DNA from: Puniceicoccales bacterium
Lineage (GTDB): Bacteria; Verrucomicrobiota; Verrucomicrobiia; Opitutales; LL51
Assembly (NCBI GenBank): GCA_031283585.1
Contig: JAITBP010000007.1
Span: 69,327 to 101,326 of the forward strand
Direction: 5' to 3'
Length of the DNA: 32,000 bases
The notes beneath the pieces are model-generated. The model searched no databases, had not been told where the DNA came from, and worked only from the letters and a program-made list of their open reading frames with translations. A program made the translations under genes and the position numbers. Position 1 is the first letter of the stretch; every line of letters begins with the position of its first letter. Below, piece by piece: positions 1 through 13,170 of the stretch.

Positions 1-1130
<1,130 letters not shown>

Positions 1131-1153
1131 TCATAAATTGTAAATATTTTTTG

Positions 1154-4100
1154 ATGAGTAATCAGGATATAAGAGAGTTCCTAGGGTTTGAAACCAGTGA
1201 TAATTTCGACAGTGTTGCGATTTCGATTGCTTCGCCGGATGCCATTCGTTCCTGGTCCCGAGGCGAGGTAAGAAACCCAGAGACAATAAATTACAGAACA
1301 TTTAAGCCGGAACCCGGTGGATTGTTTTGTCAAAGAATATTTGGCCCGATTCGCGACTATGAGTGTGCCTGTGGTAAATATAAAAGGATAAAATACAAGG
1401 GCACGATTTGTGACAGATGTGGCGTTGAAGTAACGGCTTCAAGAACAAGACGTGAGAGAATGGGACACATAGAACTTGCAATTCCAGTCTCACACATATG
1501 GTTTTTAAAAAGTTTACCCAGCAGGCTCAGTCTATTTCTAGATATGACGGCTCGAGAGTTGGAAAAAGTCATATATTATGAAAATTACATGATCATCGAT
1601 CCGGGTCTTACGCCGTTGAAAAGGAAGCAGTTAATCAATGAACAGGAATATGGTGAGCTGTGTGCCGAGTATGGTGATGATGCGTTCGTCGCGAAGATGG
1701 GCGCCATTGCTTTGAGAGAAATTCTCTCCGGAATGGATCTGGACGATACGATCTGCAACATTCAGGAGGAAATGTACAACACAAATTCAAAGCAATTGAA
1801 AAAAAGACTTGCCAAGAGGTTAAAACTCATAACTGGTTTCTCCAAATCCGGTTCCCGGCCGGAATGGATGATTTTAGAGGCGTTGCCAATATTGCCGCCG
1901 GATCTGCGGCCGCTGGTGCCACTGGATGGTGGTCGATTTGCAACCAGTGATTTGAATGATCTGTATCGGCGGGTAATAAATAGAAACAACAGGCTGAAGA
2001 GCTTACTGCAATTAAAAACTCCCGATGTGATTGTTCATAATGAGATGCGGATGTTGCAGGAAGCCGTCGATGCTCTTTTGGACAACGGTCGTCATGGTAA
2101 GGCGGTTTTGGGCGCCGGCAATCGTCCGCTTAAGTCGTTGAGTGACATGCTTAAAGGTAAGCAAGGGCGCTTTAGACAAAATCTACTTGGGAAACGAGTT
2201 GACTACAGTGGTCGATCGGTGATCGTCATCGGGCCTGAACTAAAACTCCATCAATGTGGGTTACCGAAAAAAATGGCGCTGGTGCTATTTGAACCGTTCA
2301 TAATCAGGCGTTTAAAAGAATTCGGATTCGTCCATACGGTGCGAAGTGCTAGGAAAATGATAGAAAAACAGTCTCCTGAGGTGTGGGATATTTTGGAAGA
2401 AGTGACTCGAGGTCATCCGATATTGCTGAACCGAGCCCCTACTCTACATCGACTGTCAATTCAGGCTTTTGAACCAATACTCATTGAAGGTGAAGCGATT
2501 AGACTCCATCCATTGGTATGTGCGCCATTTAATGCGGATTTCGACGGAGATCAGATGGCCGTGCATGTGCCGCTGTCCATCGAAGCAATTCTGGAATGTA
2601 AGTTGCTCATGATGGCACCAAATAACATGTTTTCTCCGTCCAGTGGCAAGCCGATTTTAACACCATCCCAGGACATAATCCTCGGTGTGTATTATCTGAC
2701 CTATGAACCTAAACTTCCTGAAAATAAAAGGGTTCCATTATTTGGTTGCTATGAAGAGGTCTTATTAGTCAGGTTGGATGGCAGTATGGCCGTCCACGAC
2801 TGGGTTGACATACCGAACCCGGATTATAATCGTGCTACGCGCTATGGGGATCCAAAGAAAAAAATAATCAGAACAACGGTGGGAAGGGTTTTGTTTAATA
2901 GCATTTTTCAGAAAAATCTTGGTTTCGTAAATACTTCTGTCGGAAAAGGTATGCTCGGAGATCTGATAGCGGCAACCTATAAAGTTGCCGGACAAAAAGA
3001 AGCCATTATCATGCTGGACCGATTGAAAACATTGGGATTTTTAAGCGCCATGCAAGCCGGTTTATCCATCGGCATCGATGACATGATTGTTCCGGATAAA
3101 AAGGCTTTAACTATCTCAAATGCAAGGGCTAAGGTAGCAGAAGTAGATAGCCAATTTAGAAAAGGAATCATCACCGTTGGCGAAAGGTCGAACAAGATAA
3201 TCGACATTTGGACCAGCACCACCGATGAAATCTCGAATATGGTTTTTAAAAGTTTGCAGGAAAATGATGGTAAAGATTTTATAAATCCAATCTACCTGAT
3301 GATGGACTCGGGCGCGAGAGGTAACAGACAGCAGGTCAGACAGTTATGTGGCATGCGCGGACTCATGGCCAAACCGTCCGGTGAGATTATAGAGCAGCCA
3401 ATTCTATCCTCTTTTCGAGAGGGGCTTTCGGTGTTAGAGTACTTCATTTCAACGCATGGAGCACGTAAGGGATTGGCTGATACAGCGTTAAAAACCGCCG
3501 ATGCTGGGTATCTTACCCGTAAGTTATGTGATGTGGCCATGGATTGCATAATCAGTTGCTACGATGATGACATTCGTCATGGCGTATGGAAACAGGCGAT
3601 TTTGGACGGCGAAGACGAGGTTGTAAGCCTTAAGGAACGCATAGTTGGCCGATGTTCCGCCGATGATATTCACAATCCACTTAATCCCGATGAGATAATA
3701 ATTCACTCCACCGGATTGATTACAGCCGACGTGGCCAAGATAATTGATGACTGTGGGATAGAACGAGTTAAGGTTTTATCGCCGTTGACAAGCATGCGAA
3801 GAAATGGCATTTCAGCCCTCTCCTACGGCATAGATCCGGCGACGAATAGCATGGTAAAATGTGGTTCGGCGGTGGGCATAATCGCTGCCCAGTCGATCGG
3901 TGAACCGGGTACCCAACTTACGATGCAGACATTTCACGTGGGCGGTGTTGCGAGGCAAATGCTTAAGGCATCGGAACTTAGAGCTCACGATGATGGTATT
4001 GTAAAATATATCGATGCCAGGTTGGTGAAAACCGCCGACGGGGCAAGCATCGTCCTAAACAAGTCTGGCTATCTATCTTTACAGAGCAAAGATGGCCACG

Positions 4101-5305
4101 AAATCGAAAAATATAGCATAGTTCATGGAGCCGTTTTAACCGTTGGCGATGGGACTCATGTAAAAAAAGGTCAACTGCTGGCCGTGTGGGATCCGCACAA
4201 TGTTCCAATCATGTCCGAATGTTCAGGTAGGATTCGGTTTCGTGATATGATTCAAGGGGTTACAATACGCCGAGATATAGATGAAATCAGTGGCAAAATA
4301 ACGACGATTGTCATTGAGCATAAAGAAGATCTTAATCCTGTCATCGATGTTTTGGATGATCTGGACAACGGCGTTGAGTCGCCAAAAGTAATTGCTTCCT
4401 ACGCGATTCCGACTGGAGCTCAAGTTATTGTGGATGATGAGAATATGATTTCGGCCGGTGCTCTATTGGCCAAAACGCCGAGATCTGCCTCAAAGACCCA
4501 TGACATCACCGGCGGATTGCCGCGGGTGGCAGAACTATTTGAGGCACGGAGACCTAAGGAAGCCGCTGAGATGGCCAAAATAGACGGCATTGTGTCATTT
4601 GGAGGTACCGTTAGAAATAAAAAGAGGATCTGGATCACCGACGCCGAAGCCGGCAGAAGAGAAGAACATCTAATTCCTCATGGAACGCAAATCATTGTCC
4701 ATGAAGGAGATTTTGTTAGTCGAGGTCAGTATCTCACCGGAGGATCGGCCGATCCTCACGAGGTACTTGAGATTCTTGGAGTTTCCAGCGTCCAGGAATA
4801 TCTGATCGCTGAAATTCAAAAAGTCTATAGGATGCAAGGAGTTACAATCAACGATAAGCATGTGGAACTCATCATCGCGAGGATGCTAAGAAAGGTTCGA
4901 ATTACAAATCCAGGAGATTCTGACTTTTTCTGGGGCGAACAGATTGATAAAGATGAGTTTATGGAACGGAATAACGAAATAATCGAGGCCGGTGGTAAAC
5001 CCGCCGAAGCCGATCCGGTTTTGCTAGGTGTAACGAAAGCTTCTTTGGAAACCGAAAGCTTCATTTCGGCCGCATCATTCCAGGAAACCACAAGGGTTTT
5101 GACCGACGCCGCCACTCTATGTAAAATCGATGAGCTGAAAGGGTTTAAGGAAAATGTCATAATGGGCCATTTAATCCCGGCCGGCACAGGATTACCAAAA
5201 TATAGGAAGTTGAAGATAAATTACTTAGATAACAGTCAGTCCAATATGAAAGACTACGATCATGTATCCAATGTGACCGAGGCATTGACCGAAAGCCATG
5301 GGTAA
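1154..5305 (+). CDS. rpoC: DNA-directed RNA polymerase beta' subunit
   Basis: 1383 aa from ATG 1154 (TTG at 1151 also in frame). Zn finger [23 protein letters not shown] and catalytic [12 protein letters not shown] present. Canonical position after rpoB. Confidence 0.97.
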   Translation: MSNQDIREFLGFETSDNFDSVAISIASPDAIRSWSRGEVRNPETINYRTFKPEPGGLFCQRIFGPIRDYECACGKYKRIKYKGTICDRCGVEVTASRTRRERMGHIELAIPVSHIWFLKSLPSRLSLFLDMTARELEKVIYYENYMIIDPGLTPLKRKQLINEQEYGELCAEYGDDAFVAKMGAIALREILSGMDLDDTICNIQEEMYNTNSKQLKKRLAKRLKLITGFSKSGSRPEWMILEALPILPPDLRPLVPLDGGRFATSDLNDLYRRVINRNNRLKSLLQLKTPDVIVHNEMRMLQEAVDALLDNGRHGKAVLGAGNRPLKSLSDMLKGKQGRFRQNLLGKRVDYSGRSVIVIGPELKLHQCGLPKKMALVLFEPFIIRRLKEFGFVHTVRSARKMIEKQSPEVWDILEEVTRGHPILLNRAPTLHRLSIQAFEPILIEGEAIRLHPLVCAPFNADFDGDQMAVHVPLSIEAILECKLLMMAPNNMFSPSSGKPILTPSQDIILGVYYLTYEPKLPENKRVPLFGCYEEVLLVRLDGSMAVHDWVDIPNPDYNRATRYGDPKKKIIRTTVGRVLFNSIFQKNLGFVNTSVGKGMLGDLIAATYKVAGQKEAIIMLDRLKTLGFLSAMQAGLSIGIDDMIVPDKKALTISNARAKVAEVDSQFRKGIITVGERSNKIIDIWTSTTDEISNMVFKSLQENDGKDFINPIYLMMDSGARGNRQQVRQLCGMRGLMAKPSGEIIEQPILSSFREGLSVLEYFISTHGARKGLADTALKTADAGYLTRKLCDVAMDCIISCYDDDIRHGVWKQAILDGEDEVVSLKERIVGRCSADDIHNPLNPDEIIIHSTGLITADVAKIIDDCGIERVKVLSPLTSMRRNGISALSYGIDPATNSMVKCGSAVGIIAAQSIGEPGTQLTMQTFHVGGVARQMLKASELRAHDDGIVKYIDARLVKTADGASIVLNKSGYLSLQSKDGHEIEKYSIVHGAVLTVGDGTHVKKGQLLAVWDPHNVPIMSECSGRIRFRDMIQGVTIRRDIDEISGKITTIVIEHKEDLNPVIDVLDDLDNGVESPKVIASYAIPTGAQVIVDDENMISAGALLAKTPRSASKTHDITGGLPRVAELFEARRPKEAAEMAKIDGIVSFGGTVRNKKRIWITDAEAGRREEHLIPHGTQIIVHEGDFVSRGQYLTGGSADPHEVLEILGVSSVQEYLIAEIQKVYRMQGVTINDKHVELIIARMLRKVRITNPGDSDFFWGEQIDKDEFMERNNEIIEAGGKPAEADPVLLGVTKASLETESFISAASFQETTRVLTDAATLCKIDELKGFKENVIMGHLIPAGTGLPKYRKLKINYLDNSQSNMKDYDHVSNVTEALTESHG

Positions 5306-5414
5306 TTTTATTTAATTATGTAATTTTCATAAATAAATGCTTGATTTCGCGAAAATTTTTGGTTCTACTTTTAAACAGATTTGTTTTAAAATAAAATAAT
5401 AAATTAATATTTTG

Positions 5415-5798
5415 ATGCCTACAATTAATCAGTTAATAAGCAGACCTAGGGTTAGCAATTTGGTGAAGTCCAAAGCGCCGGCATTGAGGAGTAATCCGTT
5501 TCGTCGAGGAGTTTGTATTCAGGTCATGACGCGGACACCCAAAAAACCGAACTCGGCCATACGAAAAGTTGCTAAGGTTCGCTTGACCAACCGGATGGAA
5601 GTGATTGCCTATATTCCTGATGAGGGGCATAGTTTACAGGAACACAGTGTGGTTCTTGTTCGTGGTGGTCGGGTTAAGGATCTTCCCGGCGTTAGGTATC
5701 ATATTGTTAGAGGAACTCTTGATTGTACGGGAGTTGAGAAACGTCGTCGCAGCAGATCCAAATATGGAGTAAAGCGACCGAAGGCTAGTAAAAAATAA
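5415..5798 (+). CDS. rpsL: 30S ribosomal protein S12
   Basis: MPTINQLI start; motifs [16 protein letters not shown] and [18 protein letters not shown]. Confidence 0.97.
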   Translation: MPTINQLISRPRVSNLVKSKAPALRSNPFRRGVCIQVMTRTPKKPNSAIRKVAKVRLTNRMEVIAYIPDEGHSLQEHSVVLVRGGRVKDLPGVRYHIVRGTLDCTGVEKRRRSRSKYGVKRPKASKK

Positions 5799-5814
5799 AG
5801 AGGATTGAGCAGAT

Positions 5815-6288
5815 ATGTCACGGCGGAGAAGAGCAGAGAAGCGAGAATTGGCAAAAGATCCTAGATTCGGCAGTCAGTTGATTGGGCAGCTGGTCAATAT
5901 AGTGATGGAGCGCGGTAAAAAATCGTTGGCCTGTTCCATTGTGTATGGTGCAATAGAGTATGCCAGTGAACAACTTAGCAAAGGCGACCCGATAGAATTA
6001 TTGATGGGTGCCATAGAAAATGCCAGACCAAAGTTGGAGGTAAAAAGTCGTCGAGTTGGTGGAGCCACCTATCAGGTTCCGATAGAAGTTCCCTACGTTC
6101 GGCAGCAAAGTTTGGTATTTAGATGGATGGTTCAGATGGCGAAGGACAGAAAAGGTCAATGTATGCGCAATGCCCTTGGGCAGGAAATAGTTGATGCATA
6201 TAATAATACTGGTGCTGTGGTTAAAAAGAAAACCGAGATGCATAAAATGGCCCAGGCAAATCGGGCCTTTGCCCACTTGGTTTGGTAA
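5815..6288 (+). CDS. rpsG: 30S ribosomal protein S7
   Basis: 157 aa with GGATYQVPIEV motif. AGAGGA Shine-Dalgarno upstream. Position between rpsL and fusA. Confidence 0.96.
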   Translation: MSRRRRAEKRELAKDPRFGSQLIGQLVNIVMERGKKSLACSIVYGAIEYASEQLSKGDPIELLMGAIENARPKLEVKSRRVGGATYQVPIEVPYVRQQSLVFRWMVQMAKDRKGQCMRNALGQEIVDAYNNTGAVVKKKTEMHKMAQANRAFAHLVW

Positions 6289-6307
6289 AAGCTAATGTTT
6301 TTATGTT

Positions 6308-8554
6308 ATGTATATCGCTAACAAGAAAATTTCATCGGTAAATTCCCCGGACCGGGATACACCATTGGAGTATACGCGGAATATCGGCATAGCTGCTCAC
6401 ATAGACGCTGGCAAAACCACTACCACCGAAAGGATATTATATTATACCGGGGTGGTCCACAAAATGGGCGAAGTTCACGATGGCACCGCGGTCACCGATT
6501 GGATGGAGCAAGAAAGAGAGCGTGGAATAACAATAACATCGGCGGCAATAAGTTGTTCATGGAAAACAAATGACGGTAATTTTTCTGGGATAAAACACAA
6601 AATAAACATCATCGACACACCTGGTCATGTGGATTTCACAGCTGAAGTCGAAAGATCCCTTAGGGTTCTTGATGGAGCGGTGGCAGTGTTTTGTGCCGTT
6701 GCTGGTGTTCAACCGCAATCAGAAACCGTTTGGCGTCAAATGGATAAGTACAAGGTTCCGAGAATAGCGTTTATAAACAAAATGGATCGAACCGGGGCGG
6801 ATTTCCTCGGTGCAATCGATGATATAAGGGAAAAACTTGGAGGCAACGCCTACCCGTTGTATCTGAATCTTGGTGAAGAAGACAGTTTTTGTGGTCTCAT
6901 AGATCTTATAAAGATGAAAGCCTATTTGTATGATGAAACAGATGAGCTTGGAACAAAGTATGATACGATCGATATACCGGCTGAGTATTTGGCTGAAGCT
7001 AGGAAACATCGAGAGGCATTGATCGAGGCCGTGGCTGATTACGATGATGATCTTGCAGAGAAGTATTTGGACGGCAAAGAGTTATCCGTTGACGAGATTC
7101 GCGCTGCCGTAAGAAAAGCTACTCTATCGATGAATTTCATAGGTGTAATACCAGGGAGTTCATTTAAGAAAAAAGGCGTACAATTCCTTCTTGATTCGGT
7201 GGTTGAGTATTTGCCATCTCCTCTGGATCTGCCACCGATGAAGGCGTTCAAAGATGATGATTGTGAGAAGACCGAAATTGTTCCCAATGATAGTACAAAC
7301 ATCGCTGTAAAGACCGAAATTGTTTCCAATGATAGTGCAAACATCGCTGTAAAAACCGAAATTGTTCCCAATGATAGTGCAAACATCGCTGTATTGGCTT
7401 TTAAATTGATGTCGGACCCCTATGTGGGAAAATTGGTTTTTTGTCGAGTTTATTCAGGTCAGCTCAAAAAAGGCAGCAGTGTTTATAATCCACGGACTAG
7501 GAAAACCGAAAGAATTAGTCGGTTGATGGTGATGAAAGCCGATTCCCGGGAAGACATAGCCGTTGCCTACTCGGGCGATATTTGTGCTATCGTAGGAATC
7601 AGGGACATAGTGACCGGCGATACTCTATGCATTCGGGAATCTGAAATTATTCTGGAGCCACCCACATTTCCCGAGCCAGTTATAAGTATGTCCATTGAAC
7701 CGAAGGCGAAAGATGACCGAGAAAAATTATCTTCAGCGCTGCAAAGTTTGTCCGAGGAAGATCCAACTTTCAAGGTTTCCACAAATATTGAAACCGGGCA
7801 GACGATCATAGCAGGCATGGGCGAGTTACACTTAGAGATAATATTGGATAGGTTGTCGAGGGAATTCGGTGTTCATGTGAATTCTGGTAAGCCTCAAATT
7901 GCGTACAAGGAAACGATTATTGCCGAGGCCGTTGGTGAAGGAAAATTTATAAGGCAATCCGGTGGTCGTGGTCAATATGGCCATGCGATTGTAAAAATTG
8001 AACCGAGTACGAGAGGTGAAGGCATTGAAGTTATCAATGAAATAGTTGGTGGCGTCATTCCAAAAGAATATATAAAACCAACCCAGGATGGCATAATGGA
8101 AGGAGCTAGAAATGGGGTGGTAGCTGGGTATCCGGTGATAGATTTTAGGGCAAGGATAATAGATGGTAGTTTTCACGAAGTTGATTCTTCTGAAATGGCA
8201 TTTAGAATGGCTGGAATTTTTGCTTTTAAAGAAGCAATGAGAAAAGCATTGCCGATATTGCTTGAACCGATAATGAAAGTTGAAATATCGACTCCAAATG
8301 AGTATCAAGGCGATATAATTGGTGATATAAATCGGCGTCGTGGTCAGATTCAGAGCACTGAGTTGAATGGATCGTTTGCGAATGTGATAGCCTTTGTTCC
8401 GCTGGAGACCATGTTTGGCTATGCAACCGATGTTCGTTCTATAACTAAAGGCCGTGCAAGTTATTCGATGACGCCATCCCATTTCGAACAGGTTCCTGCA
8501 AATTCGCTTCAACAGATAGTTGAAAATTCCGTGCGTGCAGTGGCACGTGCCTGA
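6308..8554 (+). CDS. fusA: Elongation factor G, carrying a 28-aa repeat insertion
   Basis: GTPase motifs [17 protein letters not shown] and NKMDR; EF-G domains II-V recognisable ([21 protein letters not shown]). 748 aa, longer than the usual length of about 700 aa because of the internal triplication. Confidence 0.95.
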   Translation: MYIANKKISSVNSPDRDTPLEYTRNIGIAAHIDAGKTTTTERILYYTGVVHKMGEVHDGTAVTDWMEQERERGITITSAAISCSWKTNDGNFSGIKHKINIIDTPGHVDFTAEVERSLRVLDGAVAVFCAVAGVQPQSETVWRQMDKYKVPRIAFINKMDRTGADFLGAIDDIREKLGGNAYPLYLNLGEEDSFCGLIDLIKMKAYLYDETDELGTKYDTIDIPAEYLAEARKHREALIEAVADYDDDLAEKYLDGKELSVDEIRAAVRKATLSMNFIGVIPGSSFKKKGVQFLLDSVVEYLPSPLDLPPMKAFKDDDCEKTEIVPNDSTNIAVKTEIVSNDSANIAVKTEIVPNDSANIAVLAFKLMSDPYVGKLVFCRVYSGQLKKGSSVYNPRTRKTERISRLMVMKADSREDIAVAYSGDICAIVGIRDIVTGDTLCIRESEIILEPPTFPEPVISMSIEPKAKDDREKLSSALQSLSEEDPTFKVSTNIETGQTIIAGMGELHLEIILDRLSREFGVHVNSGKPQIAYKETIIAEAVGEGKFIRQSGGRGQYGHAIVKIEPSTRGEGIEVINEIVGGVIPKEYIKPTQDGIMEGARNGVVAGYPVIDFRARIIDGSFHEVDSSEMAFRMAGIFAFKEAMRKALPILLEPIMKVEISTPNEYQGDIIGDINRRRGQIQSTELNGSFANVIAFVPLETMFGYATDVRSITKGRASYSMTPSHFEQVPANSLQQIVENSVRAVARA
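7268..7393 (+). repeat. 3 x 42-bp in-frame tandem repeat inside fusA (KTEIV[P/S]NDS[T/A]NIAV x3)
   Basis: Read directly. Copies at 7268-7309, 7310-7351 and 7352-7393 differ pairwise by only 2 nt. The frame is preserved (7268-6308 = 960). Confidence 0.95.
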
Positions 8555-8563
8555 GGAGATTTT

Positions 8564-8875
8564 ATGACTTATAAAAATAAAATTAGAATTAGATTGAAAA
8601 GTTTTGATAGTGGATTGATTGATAAGTCGTCAGCTGGTATTGCTGACACTGCCAAGCGATCCGGTGTAAAAGTTGTTGGGCCCCTTCCGTTACCTAATAA
8701 AAAGGAAATATTTACGGTTAATAGAAGCCCTCATAAGGATAAAAAATCGATGGACCAGTATGAGTTACGTACCCATGATAGGATGATTGAAATTCACGAT
8801 CCGACAGTTGATACGATAGAATCGTTAAAAAAATTGAATCTGCCGGCGGGTGTTGAAATAAGTATAAATGCGTAG
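8564..8875 (+). CDS. rpsJ: 30S ribosomal protein S10
   Basis: 103 aa; IRIRLKSFD, GPLPLPNK and RSPHKDKKSMDQYELRTH motifs; AGGAG SD upstream. Confidence 0.95.
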   Translation: MTYKNKIRIRLKSFDSGLIDKSSAGIADTAKRSGVKVVGPLPLPNKKEIFTVNRSPHKDKKSMDQYELRTHDRMIEIHDPTVDTIESLKKLNLPAGVEISINA

Positions 8876-8970
8876 AATGAAGGCAGTGTTTTTATTTTCT
8901 TGACAATTTGATATTTGTTAAAAGAAGTGTGTTGAAAACTAATGTAAGTTGTTGCTTACCGCTTAGAACA

Positions 8971-9624
8971 ATGAAAGATAGGACATTAATTTTAGGCAAA
9001 AAGATTGGAATGACCCAGGTGTTCATCGAATCCGGTGAGCTTGTGCCGGTAACGGTTATTCAAACTGGGCCATGTTTTGTAAGTCAGGTAAAAACCGAAG
9101 CAGTCGATGGATATTGTGGCGTACAGATTGCTTTTGGGCAAAAAAAATCGTCGAGAATCAAAAAACCATTGGCTGGGCATTTTGCCAAAAATAATTTAAA
9201 GGTCGGCGCCGATATTTGCGAATTCAGAACCGATGGTGATTCAGTCTATAAGGCCGGTGATATAATAGATTTGTCGATTTTTTCCAAGGGTGAAAAAATT
9301 GATGTCATAGGAACTTCGAAAGGCCGTGGCTTTCAAGGAGTTATGAAACGGTATGGGTTTGCCGGAGGACCAGCATCTCATGGATCCATGTTTCACAGAC
9401 GCGGTGGGTCCTATGGTCAACGGCAATGGCCCGGTCATGTGTACAAAGGGCGGAAGATGCCTGGGCATACCGGCTGTGATAGAGTAACAATTCAAAACCT
9501 AGAAGTCGTTGATTTACATCAAGATCGTGGTATTATTGTATTAAAAGGCGGTGTTCCGGGACCCAATGGTGGGTTGATCACTCTACGCAAGGCACAAAAG
9601 GCAAAATGTGTCGGAAAAAGTTGA
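8971..9624 (+). CDS. rplC: 50S ribosomal protein L3
   Basis: GKKIGMTQVF near the N-terminus and GFQGVMKRYGFAGGPASHGS. ATG 8971 preferred over the TTG at 8908, which adds a non-conserved 21-aa leader. Confidence 0.92.
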   Translation: MKDRTLILGKKIGMTQVFIESGELVPVTVIQTGPCFVSQVKTEAVDGYCGVQIAFGQKKSSRIKKPLAGHFAKNNLKVGADICEFRTDGDSVYKAGDIIDLSIFSKGEKIDVIGTSKGRGFQGVMKRYGFAGGPASHGSMFHRRGGSYGQRQWPGHVYKGRKMPGHTGCDRVTIQNLEVVDLHQDRGIIVLKGGVPGPNGGLITLRKAQKAKCVGKS

Positions 9625-9637
9625 GGGCGTTATTGAT

Positions 9638-10270
9638 ATGAAATTGAGAATTTATAATTCTTCGGGTGAATTGTCCAATGAAAAGGAAGTGTCTGTATTG
9701 GCATCATTTGATAGCGGACGTGGTGCCAAAGCGGTGAAGTTTGTGGTGGATGTGTTATTGTCAAATCTGAGGCAAGGTAATGCTTCGACCAAAACACATT
9801 CAGATGTAAGTGGCAGTGGCAAAAAGCCTTACAGGCAAAAAGGTACCGGTAATGCCAGGCATGGTTCGATTAGAAGTCCCCTGTGGAGTGGCGGTGGCGT
9901 GGTGTTTGGACCTCATCCGCGCAGCTATTATGGAAAAATAAATAAAAAGGTAAAAAGATTGGCACTGGGTCGTGCGATGTATGATGACATATTATCATCT
10001 GAACTGTATGCAATAGAAGCACTTCCGAAACTAGGTGTGAAGTCCAAATCATTGGTTGGATTTATGAACAAAATCTATCCTTCGGAACAGGAAAAAATTC
10101 TTGTCATAGATACGAAATTTAGTAATGAATTCGTTCTTGCGGCACGTAATTGTAGTCGAATATATACCGTGGATGCAGCTTCCGTAAATGCCTTAGATCT
10201 AATACGATATGATCGTTATCTGGTTTCAGAAGCGGCTTTCGATGTGTTAATAAATAGGATAGGAATGTAG
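9638..10270 (+). CDS. rplD: 50S ribosomal protein L4
   Basis: KKPYRQKGTGNARHGSIRSPLWSGGGVVFGP motif. ATG 9638 preferred over the GTG at 9608, which overlaps rplC. Confidence 0.9.
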   Translation: MKLRIYNSSGELSNEKEVSVLASFDSGRGAKAVKFVVDVLLSNLRQGNASTKTHSDVSGSGKKPYRQKGTGNARHGSIRSPLWSGGGVVFGPHPRSYYGKINKKVKRLALGRAMYDDILSSELYAIEALPKLGVKSKSLVGFMNKIYPSEQEKILVIDTKFSNEFVLAARNCSRIYTVDAASVNALDLIRYDRYLVSEAAFDVLINRIGM

Positions 10271-10276
10271 GTAATT

Positions 10277-10567
10277 ATGGTTTTTGTAGATAAAATTTTA
10301 ACCCGGATTTATTACACAGAAAAATTTACGGCCATATCTGCGGCGTTAAATAAGTATACTTTCGAAGTTCATCAAAATGCTACCAAGAAGCTTGTGAGTG
10401 ATGCTGTGGAGCAAGCCTTTGGTGTAGAGGTGATTAGTGTCAATATGATTGTTCGAGCTGGCAAATTGAAACGTGATAAATCACAGCGAGGTCGTTATGG
10501 CAGAACCAGTTGCAGGAAACTGGCGGTGGTTGGTATTAGAAAGGACCAAAAAATAGAAATTGTTTGA
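10277..10567 (+). CDS. rplW: 50S ribosomal protein L23
   Basis: 96 aa, basic, in the canonical slot between rplD and rplB; L23-like pattern FEVHQNATKKLVSDAVEQAFGVEVISVN. Confidence 0.88.
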   Translation: MVFVDKILTRIYYTEKFTAISAALNKYTFEVHQNATKKLVSDAVEQAFGVEVISVNMIVRAGKLKRDKSQRGRYGRTSCRKLAVVGIRKDQKIEIV

Positions 10568-10585
10568 TTTTAAAATTTTTGATAA

Positions 10586-11434
10586 ATGAGTATTATTCAG
10601 CATAATCCGGTGACACCAGGTCAAAGATTTTTGTCTTTAAGTAGGCGTAGGTTGCACAAAAATGACCCTGAGCGTAGTCTTGTTAGGAGTAAAATTCGCG
10701 GCAGTGGCAGAAATTGTTACGGAAGAATAACTTCTCGGCGTAAAGGTGGTGGACATAAAAAACTTTACAGAGTCATTGATTTTAAAAGAGATAAGTTTAA
10801 TGTGCCGGGGACAATTTCTCGTGTAGAGTATGACCCAAATCGGTCGGCTGATATTGCTTTAGTTGCTTATCGTGATGGTGAAAAACGCTATATTTTATGT
10901 CCGCGCGAGTTAGGCGTTGGAAGCACGGTGGTCAGTTTGAATTCACCCACGGATAATTTTAGTGTTGGTATCTCATTGCCATTGAATATGATGCCGCTTG
11001 GCATTCCGATTCATTGTATTGAGTTACATCCGGGTTGTGGAGCGGCTTTGGCCCGGGGCGCAGGTGTTTGTGCCACACTCGTTGCTTTGGATGGTAAATT
11101 TGCGACAATAAAAATGCCAAGTGGAGAAATTCGATTGTTGAACCCAAAATGTCGAGCAACCATAGGCGAAGTTGGTAATAATGAGCATCTTAAGCAATCT
11201 TTAGGCAAGGCTGGAAGGAATCGTTGGCTTGGACGTAGGCCAAGGGTTCGCGGAGTTGCGATGAATCCCGTCGATCATCCGATGGGAGGCGGTGAAGGTC
11301 GTTCATCCGGTGGACGGCATCCAACTTCACCCTGGGCTCAATTGGCAAAAGGGTTGCCGACGAGGAAAAAATCGAAGCCGACCAATGCTATGATTATCGT
11401 TCGGCGTAATGGTAGAAAGGTGAAAAAAGGTTAA
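10586..11434 (+). CDS. rplB: 50S ribosomal protein L2
   Basis: [15 protein letters not shown] and [21 protein letters not shown] motifs. Confidence 0.97.
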   Translation: MSIIQHNPVTPGQRFLSLSRRRLHKNDPERSLVRSKIRGSGRNCYGRITSRRKGGGHKKLYRVIDFKRDKFNVPGTISRVEYDPNRSADIALVAYRDGEKRYILCPRELGVGSTVVSLNSPTDNFSVGISLPLNMMPLGIPIHCIELHPGCGAALARGAGVCATLVALDGKFATIKMPSGEIRLLNPKCRATIGEVGNNEHLKQSLGKAGRNRWLGRRPRVRGVAMNPVDHPMGGGEGRSSGGRHPTSPWAQLAKGLPTRKKSKPTNAMIIVRRNGRKVKKG

Positions 11435-11438
11435 TTTT

Positions 11439-11708
11439 ATGGCACGTTCTTCTAAAAAAGGTTTTTATGTCGAACCAAGTTTGTTAGATCTGGTTGATCT
11501 TGCGGTTAGTTCAGATAACAGAAAGCCGATTAAAACCTGGTCCCGGCGGTCTACCATTACGCCCGATTTTGTTGGTCTTAATTTTCAAGTTCACAATGGC
11601 AAAATTTTTACCGATGTTCATGTGACAGAAAATATGGTCGGTCATAAACTTGGCGAGTTCTCCTTTACTCGTACATTTAAAACACATAATCCACATACTC
11701 AAAAATAA
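11439..11708 (+). CDS. rpsS: 30S ribosomal protein S19
   Basis: [21 protein letters not shown] and [16 protein letters not shown] motifs. Confidence 0.95.
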   Translation: MARSSKKGFYVEPSLLDLVDLAVSSDNRKPIKTWSRRSTITPDFVGLNFQVHNGKIFTDVHVTENMVGHKLGEFSFTRTFKTHNPHTQK

Positions 11709-11737
11709 AGTAAAATAAAATAGTTAATTGGTTTGAC

Positions 11738-12091
11738 ATGGAAATAAAATCTGTAACAAAATATGCAAGAATGTCGCCGAAGAAGGTGCATATGGTTGCT
11801 CGTTCTGTGGTAGGGATGCACGCCGAAAGGGCGTTGCAGCTGCTTAGGCTTGTGAATAAAAAGTCCGCCGGTCTTGTGGCAAAGACCCTCGCCAGCGCGA
11901 TTGCCAATGCGAATTGTAAAAACGTTGATTCTGATTCACTTTATGTCAAGGATGCTGTTGCTGAGCAAGGGATTATGTTTCATAGATTTGTTCCAGCGTC
12001 TCGAGGTTCAGCTCATTCAATAAGGAAACGAACAAGTCATATAAAGGTGACTCTTATCGGTAATTTAAAAAACAGTAATAATGTTAAATAG
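11738..12091 (+). CDS. rplV: 50S ribosomal protein L22
   Basis: 117 aa, canonical position; ARMSPKKVHMVARSVVGM and GIMFHRFVPASRGSAHSIRKRTSHI are L22-like. Confidence 0.92.
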   Translation: MEIKSVTKYARMSPKKVHMVARSVVGMHAERALQLLRLVNKKSAGLVAKTLASAIANANCKNVDSDSLYVKDAVAEQGIMFHRFVPASRGSAHSIRKRTSHIKVTLIGNLKNSNNVK

Positions 12092-12093
12092 CT

Positions 12094-12726
12094 ATGGGAC
12101 AAAAGGTTAATCCAATTGGTTTGCGTTTATGTGTCAGAAAGAATTGGAGTTCGCATTGGTATGCGACCAAAAAGGATTTTCCGACCTTATTACATGAAGA
12201 TTTCAGGATAAGATCATTTCTTAAGGAAAAACTTGGACCGGCGGCCTGTTCACAGATAACCATAGAGCGGGCCGGAAATCGTGTGCGAGTTAAAATATCT
12301 ACGCCGAGGCCTGGCATTGTAATTGGAAGGAAAGGGCAGGAACTTGATCGACTGTGCGATGATTTGAAGGCCCTGGCTGGGAAAGATGTAATTGTTGATA
12401 TTCAAGAAATTAAGAAACCTGATCTGGTGGCCCAATTGGTAACGGAAAATATTGCAATTCAGCTAGAGCGAAGGGTGTCATTTCGAAGGGCAATGAAAAA
12501 AGCGATTCAGGCTGCAATCAGCCTAGGTGCTCATGGAATTAGGCTTCAATGTGCCGGACGATTAGGCGGCGCAGAGATAGCAAGAACCGAATCGCAAAGA
12601 GCCGGACGTGTTCCATTGCACACACTTAAGGAAAATATAGATTACGGTTTTTCTGAAGCCGGAACGGTTTACGGTAAAGTAGGAATTAAATGTTGGATCT
12701 GTCGTGATGAGGGATTGAAAGTATAG
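12094..12726 (+). CDS. rpsC: 30S ribosomal protein S3
   Basis: MGQKVNPIGLRL N-terminus, KH-domain region GIVIGRKGQELD and GRLGGAEIARTE motif. Confidence 0.96.
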   Translation: MGQKVNPIGLRLCVRKNWSSHWYATKKDFPTLLHEDFRIRSFLKEKLGPAACSQITIERAGNRVRVKISTPRPGIVIGRKGQELDRLCDDLKALAGKDVIVDIQEIKKPDLVAQLVTENIAIQLERRVSFRRAMKKAIQAAISLGAHGIRLQCAGRLGGAEIARTESQRAGRVPLHTLKENIDYGFSEAGTVYGKVGIKCWICRDEGLKV

Positions 12727-12738
12727 AAGTTATAGCAA

Positions 12739-13170
12739 ATGAGCAAGTTATCACCAGCAAGGACCAAGTATAGGAAGGTACAAAAAGGTAGAAATCGAGG
12801 AAGTGCCAAAGGAGGCGATTTTTTGGCGTTTGGAGATTTTGGCATTCAGGCCCTCGAACGTTGCAGTATGACGGCGGCTCAAATAGAAGCCGCACGGGTT
12901 TCCATATCTCGTCATTTGAAAAGAAAAGGCAAGTTGTGGGTCAGGATTTTTCCGCACAAGCCAATAACTAAAAAACCGGCCGAAACCCGCATGGGGAAAG
13001 GGAAAGGTACCGTTGAATATTGGGCTTCGGCGGTTAAACCTGGAACCATATTATTTGAGCTGGCTGGTGTTTCGGTAACGTTAGCACGGGAAGCACTTAG
13101 GTTAGCTGATTGCAAATTGCCTATCCATTGTAGATTCATCATCCGCGAAAGTTTGGAGGATTATAAATGA
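12739..13170 (+). CDS. rplP: 50S ribosomal protein L16
   Basis: RTKYRKVQKGRNRG, GDFGIQALE and ETRMGKGKG motifs. Confidence 0.96.
   Translation: MSKLSPARTKYRKVQKGRNRGSAKGGDFLAFGDFGIQALERCSMTAAQIEAARVSISRHLKRKGKLWVRIFPHKPITKKPAETRMGKGKGTVEYWASAVKPGTILFELAGVSVTLAREALRLADCKLPIHCRFIIRESLEDYK

Noticed and set aside
7832-8512. 226-aa minus-strand ORF, plus other antisense ORFs such as 171-695, 547-951, 4825-5187, 7039-7386, 16557-16907 and 18053-18487
   Set aside because: Each lies entirely inside a strongly supported + strand core gene (fusA, rpoB, rpoC, rpsE, secY). The sequences are low-complexity with no recognisable motifs. These are typical shadow ORFs.
8908-8970. Upstream in-frame extensions of listed ORFs: rplC 8908, rplD 9608, rpsQ 13352, rplE 14351, rplF 15637, rplO 17164 and map 19085
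   Set aside because: The extensions add non-conserved residues, often overlap the preceding gene, and use TTG or GTG. Internal ATGs reproduce the canonical N-termini (some with a recognisable SD).
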